DNA of 64,000 nt from Candidatus Heimdallarchaeota archaeon (GTDB lineage: Archaea > Asgardarchaeota > Heimdallarchaeia > Hodarchaeales > Hodarchaeaceae), in the NCBI GenBank assembly GCA_020353515.1, contig CP070695.1, forward strand, positions 821,057-885,056. The letters are read 5' to 3'. The position numbers were made by a program, and so were the translations under genes. This document shows positions 57,844-64,000 of the stretch, piece after piece; position 1 is the stretch's first letter, and each line of letters opens with the position of its first letter. The notes under the pieces were generated by a model that was given only the letters and a program-made list of their open reading frames with translations, had not been told where the DNA came from and searched no databases.

Positions 57844-59775
57844 ATGGAACAGGAATATCAGACAAAAATGGTTGAAATTGCACAAACTCAAGAGTTTTCT
57901 AAGAGAATTGTCATTATTGGTATCTTAGTAGGTTTAATGATGAATTGGTTAACGCTATATTTGAATGTTGTTCTTGGCCTCATGTCTGTTGGTATTTCCG
58001 CTTTTGTTGTCCTCCTATTTACTAAAATTCTTCTTAGAGAAAAAGCAACCTCACAAAACCTATCTTTAGTGTCAATAGCTTATGGGGCTACAAGCTCAGC
58101 AGAAGCTAGTATAGGCTTGCTATTTCTCATATGGTTATATAACAACGCCTCCTCATTCGGATTTGAAAATTTTAATCCTCCAGGTTGGCTTTTACCTAGT
58201 TCAACAGTCATCTCAAATAGAATTGTGTTAACAAATGAATGGATTGTCCCTTTACTTGTCCATTATTTCCTCATGCTTATCCCTGGAATTTCTGGATTAA
58301 TTCTTGGAATCTATTTAGCTCCAAAATTCATAAATAATGAGGAAGAATATCCTTTCCCAGGTATCATTCAACGTGTGAAAACAGTTGAAGTGTTAGTAAC
58401 TAATCAAACCTCAAAGATAAATTTATTCAAACGATTCGGTTTTTTGGGCTTTTTCGTAGCTTTAATCACTCTATTTTACCCTGTAATAGATTTTTCAAAT
58501 ACTAATACTGGTTTAGTATTCGGTATAATGCTTGGAACGATCGGAGTTACAATGTTTTCTGTAGGATTCGTGATTAATAACCCTAAAATATCAGTACCAG
58601 CAGGAATATCATCTCTTGTGCTATACACAGTTGTAACTCCACTCATAATTAATATCGCTGACTTCAAAGATCAAATAATACAAGGTAACTTTACTAATGA
58701 CTTTTTTGGTCTATATTCATATCTATTACAGCATAAATACCTATCCTTCCTGATTGGATTCATTATCTCTGCATCAATCATTTCTCCTTTCGTATTTTCT
58801 CAGATTAAAAAAATAATAATAAAATTAAGGAAGAAAAATCAAACATTTGGAGTTACACCATCCTCAGACATATCTTCAGAAAATAAAGCGGAATTTGAAG
58901 AGAATGAACAAACTAAAGGAGTAAATGAAGGAAGTAATCCAGCACAAATAACCAAAAATTCATCATATTTTCAGAATATCACTAGTTCAATTGGCAAGAG
59001 AGAGCTGATAATTTTCATATCTTATATCACGGTGTTGATTATATCAACATTATTCATTGTTACACTCAATATTCTTCCTTCTACGGATTTCATCTTAGTT
59101 CTCCTACTCCTTATGTGGATTATGATTTTAGGATCGTTTATTCAGGGTTATATCACAGTATCAACCATTGCTAAAGCATCAGCTGCTGCAACTATACCTT
59201 TTATATTTGACAATATACCGCTTTTCCTTGTTGGGGCCAGGGGTTTGACTCCATATATTGCTACTCCGAAAGCTGAAGTAGGAGAAACAATTGGTATGGT
59301 TTCTACTTTGAAATTTGGCCAACAAATGAAAATAAGTCAGAAAAACACTGTATTGGCTTTTCTAGCTGGTTATATTGTTGCTGTTTTAGCTACTCCGTTT
59401 TTTACATTATTTCTATGGAAAGCATTAGGAATTGGAAATGTGAATTTTCCCGCTCCTGCCTTTCCGATTTTTCTTGCTTTGATTGGGCCATTTGCAGCTG
59501 GAGCACTTGATGTTTTCTTAAAAATCTCTGAAATGATATTCGGAGGAATCTTAGCATTGTTTTTCCCTACAATTGGATTATCAGTTGCAATAGGAATGTT
59601 TTTTCCTCCCCATATGGCGATATGTCTCAGTTTAGGCGGAATAACGGCATTTATCGCAGAGAAAAGGAAAGGAAAGGAATGGATGAAAGATAAAGGACAA
59701 ATAATAGCTACTGCTATTTCTGTAGGAGCAACTTTAACAGTACCAATCTTAATTCTCTTAAATTTATTAACATAA
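57844..59775 (+). CDS. OPT-family oligopeptide transporter
   Basis: Many TM helices; EEYPFPG, FPAPAF and IGMFFP motifs typical of OPT/YSL proteins. Confidence 0.75.
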   Translation: MEQEYQTKMVEIAQTQEFSKRIVIIGILVGLMMNWLTLYLNVVLGLMSVGISAFVVLLFTKILLREKATSQNLSLVSIAYGATSSAEASIGLLFLIWLYNNASSFGFENFNPPGWLLPSSTVISNRIVLTNEWIVPLLVHYFLMLIPGISGLILGIYLAPKFINNEEEYPFPGIIQRVKTVEVLVTNQTSKINLFKRFGFLGFFVALITLFYPVIDFSNTNTGLVFGIMLGTIGVTMFSVGFVINNPKISVPAGISSLVLYTVVTPLIINIADFKDQIIQGNFTNDFFGLYSYLLQHKYLSFLIGFIISASIISPFVFSQIKKIIIKLRKKNQTFGVTPSSDISSENKAEFEENEQTKGVNEGSNPAQITKNSSYFQNITSSIGKRELIIFISYITVLIISTLFIVTLNILPSTDFILVLLLLMWIMILGSFIQGYITVSTIAKASAAATIPFIFDNIPLFLVGARGLTPYIATPKAEVGETIGMVSTLKFGQQMKISQKNTVLAFLAGYIVAVLATPFFTLFLWKALGIGNVNFPAPAFPIFLALIGPFAAGALDVFLKISEMIFGGILALFFPTIGLSVAIGMFFPPHMAICLSLGGITAFIAEKRKGKEWMKDKGQIIATAISVGATLTVPILILLNLLT

Positions 59776-60249
59776 TTGAAGATTATTCAAGAAATAGAAA
59801 AAAAGGTGTTAAAAATGACCAAAAACCCTAAAAATCGAGTTTTATTAGAGTTAAATCCTGAAATGAGGGCAAAAATTGATGTGTTAATTGAAAAAGGACT
59901 GTATCCAAACAGCTCAGATTTCCTTAACAAAGCTATAAAATCCCAACTTAAGCTCCATGATGCGACTTTTCAAGAGTTAGACATAGAAAGGGATTTAGTA
60001 ATTGGATTAGCCAATTATTCAGCCAAGGAATTAGAAACAATTACTGCTAAAGGAAAAAAACTTGAGATCAAAGTCTTGGGCGGACTCAAATTTTCTGAAG
60101 ATGTCACACCAGCATTAGTGGACCAATCAATTGCAAAGATAAATCTTGCAGGGATTCTCAAAGCACCTGAAAAGGTAAAAACTGTTCTAAATGAAAAAAG
60201 GTATACTCTCTTGGGTCATAAGTATTCAGAATTCAAAAGGTTTGAATAG
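59776..60249 (+). CDS. CopG/ribbon-helix-helix regulator with C-terminal extension
   Basis: IDVLIEKGLYPNSSDFLNKAIKSQL; LEIKVLG...DVTPALVDQSI. The start may be the downstream ATG (MTKN). Confidence 0.75.
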   Translation: MKIIQEIEKKVLKMTKNPKNRVLLELNPEMRAKIDVLIEKGLYPNSSDFLNKAIKSQLKLHDATFQELDIERDLVIGLANYSAKELETITAKGKKLEIKVLGGLKFSEDVTPALVDQSIAKINLAGILKAPEKVKTVLNEKRYTLLGHKYSEFKRFE

Positions 60250-60301
60250 TCAAGATGATAAATAAGAGGGATTACTTGGAAGTATATCACAGATGGTTCT
60301 T

Positions 60302-61753
60302 TTACGCAATCATTGAGGACCAAGGATATCGTTTACTAATCTCTTGAAGTAAGCGATTAACCTTTCGTTCTTCAAAGGTCTCTCGATAGCATAAACATAT
60401 TACTAATCCACCACGAGTTCTTTTAAATCTTTGATACATTGTTTTCACTGTATTGACGACATCATAAACTATCATTAGATTTGCTTGAGGGATATCAATA
60501 TCACGTTCCCCTACAGCAGTCATGACTAACACAGCTTTTGCTTCTTCTCTCTTGAATTTGTTTAGCACCTCTATTTTGTTTCTGACTTGCCCAGTAATTA
60601 GGAATGAGGCAATTCCCCTCTTCTCTGTTTCCTCTTGTAAACAACTAGCAGTGTCTAAAAATGAGCATAAGACGACAGTTTTAGAATTAGGTGGTTGTTT
60701 TTTAATAAGATCATGTACCGCCTTGATCTTCGTCGTTTTTTCAGGTAAAGCCTTAATAAGTTCCTTAGTTACTCCAAATTTCTTCAGTCTATACAGAAAT
60801 CTCCTAAATTTTTTTGGTTGCATTGCTGTACAGTATTTACGTATTAATAATAACCCATGATATTTTTGATTATCCCCTGATTCAGACTCCAACATACCAG
60901 ACACTAGAGCTAATTGTGATGAAGGAATCGCCTCAAGGAGTGTTGGTTTCTCTTCCAAGGTTTCATCTATAATTTTTTGACGTAAATTTTTTATCGCTTG
61001 ATCTATCAGGTCCAAAATAGTCTTCAATTCAGGACTCACATCAATCTGTAGTCGTTGAATGAAAGTGTTCTGGATATAATCTTGTATATCCGTCTGTGCT
61101 AAGAGTGAGTCCATTCGAATAATATGAAGTCCAGGAATACTATTATTCAGAGTGACAATCTCTTGCTGAATTTCTATTGTTTCTTTCCTAAAATCAAAGA
61201 ATATGTGATCATCACGGATTGTGCCAGTCATTCCAACAATCCAAGCTTTTGATTGTACAAAATAGGGGATAAGGGTGTTATAAGGATAAATTAATAAACG
61301 AGAATCTCCGTGTCGTCGAACTATTTTATCTATTTCATTAATAATTACTACGTCGAATATAGGTTTTGTTATGAATTTCTTGAAGGCATTTGAGAATGTT
61401 TGTGGAGTGGATGCGACTATTCGAGCGTTTTCAAGAATTTTTTTTCTGAGGAAACTTGGTGTTCTACTTGAAAAAGCTTGAAAATCAGATTCTCGAAATC
61501 CCCCATATTCTTCCTTGAAGTAATGAATTGTTTCAGAAAAGCTCAGAGTTGAATGTAATAGAAGAAGTACTCTTTGTTTAGGAAGAAGATCCTTGATAAG
61601 CAAATAAGTGAGAACACGTTTTCCCAATCCAGTGTCAACTTCGGCTATTGTGTGGTATCCTCGAAGCCAATTTTCTTTAAGTATAGAAAGAATCTTTTCT
61701 TGATATTGTCTTTGTTGAATTACACTTCTTTCTGTCGAATGATGGTTTACCAA
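60302..61753 (-). CDS. Hef/FANCM-like SF2 helicase core with degenerate motifs
   Basis: RQYQ (Q motif), TGLGKR, STPQT, INEID (for DEAH), GMTGT, VGERDIDIP, YQRFKRTRG. Confidence 0.75.
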   Translation of the reverse strand: MVNHHSTERSVIQQRQYQEKILSILKENWLRGYHTIAEVDTGLGKRVLTYLLIKDLLPKQRVLLLLHSTLSFSETIHYFKEEYGGFRESDFQAFSSRTPSFLRKKILENARIVASTPQTFSNAFKKFITKPIFDVVIINEIDKIVRRHGDSRLLIYPYNTLIPYFVQSKAWIVGMTGTIRDDHIFFDFRKETIEIQQEIVTLNNSIPGLHIIRMDSLLAQTDIQDYIQNTFIQRLQIDVSPELKTILDLIDQAIKNLRQKIIDETLEEKPTLLEAIPSSQLALVSGMLESESGDNQKYHGLLLIRKYCTAMQPKKFRRFLYRLKKFGVTKELIKALPEKTTKIKAVHDLIKKQPPNSKTVVLCSFLDTASCLQEETEKRGIASFLITGQVRNKIEVLNKFKREEAKAVLVMTAVGERDIDIPQANLMIVYDVVNTVKTMYQRFKRTRGGLVICLCYRETFEERKVNRLLQEISKRYPWSSMIA

Positions 61754-61889
61754 GGCAAATTAATTAAGAACCAATGTTATTATAAACATACAAGCTTGTG
61801 TAAAAATTTTTGACACCTTTTTAAAACTGAAGTTCATTTATGAAAATATGTAATTATAGGTTAAAATTAGATTTAAATGTGTGATAATT

Positions 61890-64000
61890 ATGTCGAAAGA
61901 CTTATATGACCAGCTAGGGCTCACATCAGAAGAGACCCGAGTTTATAGCATTATCATTTCTAATTTAGTGAGAACAATTGATGAAGTAGTAATTTTGGCA
62001 AGGGATCTAAACCCTGAAGTTATTAAAACCGCTCTCGACGGATTAGAAAAGAAAAAATTTTTACGAGTAATTCCTGGGAAGGTGCCTCAGTATATCGCCT
62101 TAGCTCCAGCAATAGCTGTTACTAGTGAAATTGACAGGCAAATAGAAAACGAATTGAATCAAAGTCAAGAGGAAATCATGAATCGGTGGGAAGTAGGACA
62201 AAAAGAACTGCTAGATATGATCAATGATTTCCAAAAGGGTCCAGAACTGTTCACAAGAACTGAAAGAGAGATTCACTCCCATATTAATACCTATATGGAA
62301 CAGATAAAGACTAAAAGTATGGAGATCCTACAACAGATCAAAAAACAGATCTCTGTTCAAAATCAAAAAAATTCTAAAAGTCTAGAGGAATTGAGGTCAG
62401 ATTTCTCTTCTAATTTAGAAGCAGAAGTTCAAAAAAACATCTCACAGCTTGAATCACAACTTCAAGCAATCAAAGATGCTCAAACAGAAGAAAGAGCACA
62501 ACTTCTTGAGAAAATTTCAAAAATTTACTCTGAAAGAATTGATAGTTTCAACATTCTATTCTCTCAAGTGAAACAATCAGTTCAAACACATCAACAACAG
62601 CTTTCAAATTCAACTGAGAATTTAAATTCGACCCTCACGAGTGTTAATGAACAAACAAAGCGGAATATCAAGAATAGTAAGGCCACTAGCCAAGAAGATC
62701 TCGATTCAATTGAAGAAGAGGTAACTAAGAGAGTTATTGATAAATTAACAATCATTAATCAAAGTATTGAATCAGTGCAATCAAATCTCATAGAAGTAAG
62801 TGAGGAATCATTGAAGTCCATTCAAGGAATGGTTGGAATTTTCAGGGAAAAAACTTCTCAAAGTTCAGCCTCTGTAGTGGAAATCACAAATAAAACAGCA
62901 GAAAATCTATGGCAACACATTCAAAAGATGCTTCAATCGTTTGCCCAAACTATCAGTAGTTTAGATGAGGTTAAAGAAAAACTAACCTCACAAGAAACAA
63001 TTAACAAATTAAATGTCGCAACTTCTAGCGTAAAGGATGGATTATTTAAAGGATTAGAAAACCTCGACGAGGTTTATACAGGTGGAGTAACACTTATCAA
63101 TACAGAAATGACTAAACAGTTGTTATCCTTTCAAGAAAGAATGCAAAACGATATTTCACAATTATTTACACAGCTAGAAAGTTCTATCCAAGAAAAATAT
63201 GCTATTGGTATAGAAAAAATCACTGATTTACCCTTGGAAATCTCCTCTCTTTTAGATACTAATAGAAATATGATTATTCAAGAAACTTCAGAATTACATA
63301 ATAAAGTTTTAGGAGATTTTAAGCAGCAAATTCAACCCACGATTAACAATCTATCAGAATATTTTACAGAAATGATAAGGAAGATATCAGATTCAGAAAA
63401 GGTCTTCATTGAGGATTCAGAGATAGATTTAGTAGATATATCAACTGCTATCGATGAACTAAACCTGAAAATGAAGGAAACAGTTTCAAATCGTGGGAAG
63501 CTCTCAGAAGCATTACAATACCTCCGAAATGTAGCAAATGAGGAATTCTCGTCTTTTGGATCTTCTGCCAATATGATGCTAGGCCAAATGCAATCAACGA
63601 TAACTGAAAATGTTGCAGCACGAACAGAAGAGATTTCTCAGAATTTTGAAGTGATTAATCAAGTTACTGGGGAATTAAATAAGATTTCAAACAATTCTCA
63701 AGCAGAAATCTCAAAAATTCTTGAACAATTGGAAACTAGCATAGATGCTGGGAATCAAACAATTTCTGAAGCTTTTGATCAGGATATTGCTAATCTCGCG
63801 ATGGATGTTGAAGAAATTAACAAAGCAGCGATAAAAGAGCAAGAGGATCTAATAATTGCATCAAATGACCGATTAAGTTCTCTAAGTGATAGAATTGGAA
63901 AATCAACCCTAGAACTCAGTCGTAATATTCCCACTCAATTAGAGGAATACCAAGCACGCCATACTGACGATTTTAATAATTTCGATAGAGCAGTAAAGGC
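61890..64000 (+). CDS. TrmB-type HTH fused to a very long coiled-coil/apolipoprotein-like region (3' end outside window)
   Basis: Not in the ORF track, consistent with no stop in the window; frame spot-checked. MSKDLYDQLGLTSEETRVYSIII...ALDGLEKKKFLRVIPGKVPQYIALAP, then Q/E/S/N/K-rich heptad sequence. Confidence 0.82.
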   Translation, partial: MSKDLYDQLGLTSEETRVYSIIISNLVRTIDEVVILARDLNPEVIKTALDGLEKKKFLRVIPGKVPQYIALAPAIAVTSEIDRQIENELNQSQEEIMNRWEVGQKELLDMINDFQKGPELFTRTEREIHSHINTYMEQIKTKSMEILQQIKKQISVQNQKNSKSLEELRSDFSSNLEAEVQKNISQLESQLQAIKDAQTEERAQLLEKISKIYSERIDSFNILFSQVKQSVQTHQQQLSNSTENLNSTLTSVNEQTKRNIKNSKATSQEDLDSIEEEVTKRVIDKLTIINQSIESVQSNLIEVSEESLKSIQGMVGIFREKTSQSSASVVEITNKTAENLWQHIQKMLQSFAQTISSLDEVKEKLTSQETINKLNVATSSVKDGLFKGLENLDEVYTGGVTLINTEMTKQLLSFQERMQNDISQLFTQLESSIQEKYAIGIEKITDLPLEISSLLDTNRNMIIQETSELHNKVLGDFKQQIQPTINNLSEYFTEMIRKISDSEKVFIEDSEIDLVDISTAIDELNLKMKETVSNRGKLSEALQYLRNVANEEFSSFGSSANMMLGQMQSTITENVAARTEEISQNFEVINQVTGELNKISNNSQAEISKILEQLETSIDAGNQTISEAFDQDIANLAMDVEEINKAAIKEQEDLIIASNDRLSSLSDRIGKSTLELSRNIPTQLEEYQARHTDDFNNFDRAVK

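Noticed and set aside
63332-63571. 79-aa minus-strand ORF
   Set aside because: Antisense shadow of the long 61890..>64000 gene.
1-64000. tRNA, rRNA, transposase or integrase genes
   Set aside because: None recognised by eye; tRNAscan-SE, Infernal and ISEScan would be needed to exclude them formally.

Overview
AT-rich, gene-dense archaeal chromosome segment. The gene content points to an Asgard archaeon, probably Heimdallarchaeia/Hodarchaeales-like (inference). It includes Rab-like and MglA-like small GTPases, a probable proto-gelsolin, a crenarchaeal/eukaryote-type SSB, a long alpha-solenoid and TrmB-HTH/coiled-coil proteins. I saw no rRNA, tRNA, CRISPR array or transposase. Two long ORFs missing from the ORF track run off the window edges: a secreted S8 protease (minus strand, <1..3062) and a TrmB-HTH/coiled-coil protein (plus strand, 61890..>64000). 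There are two main candidate systems. (1) At 34.5-38.5 kb, an aldehyde:ferredoxin oxidoreductase is fused in frame to 3-hexulose-6-phosphate synthase. It is coupled to a MoaD/SAMP with a C-terminal extension and converges on an internally duplicated 6-phospho-3-hexuloisomerase, near glycogen phosphorylase and a bacterial-type ATP-PFK. This suggests a reverse-RuMP pentose route with built-in formaldehyde oxidation. (2) At 10-21 kb, a HerA/FtsK-type ATPase with a Cys-rich tail is divergent from an MglA-like GTPase, a tandem wHTH protein, an amidohydrolase coupled to a YbdK/GCS2-type ligase with a large C-terminal extension, and a CDC48-N/VWA fusion. This is a candidate NTP-controlled protein or peptide tagging and untagging system. 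Other items are a proto-gelsolin/Rab gene pair, several apparent pseudo-enzymes, a DegT-Gfo/Idh/MocA fusion, a triplicated non-coding element and a duplicated gene 3' end bracketing a probable inserted segment. All family calls come from motif recognition only; no searches were run.
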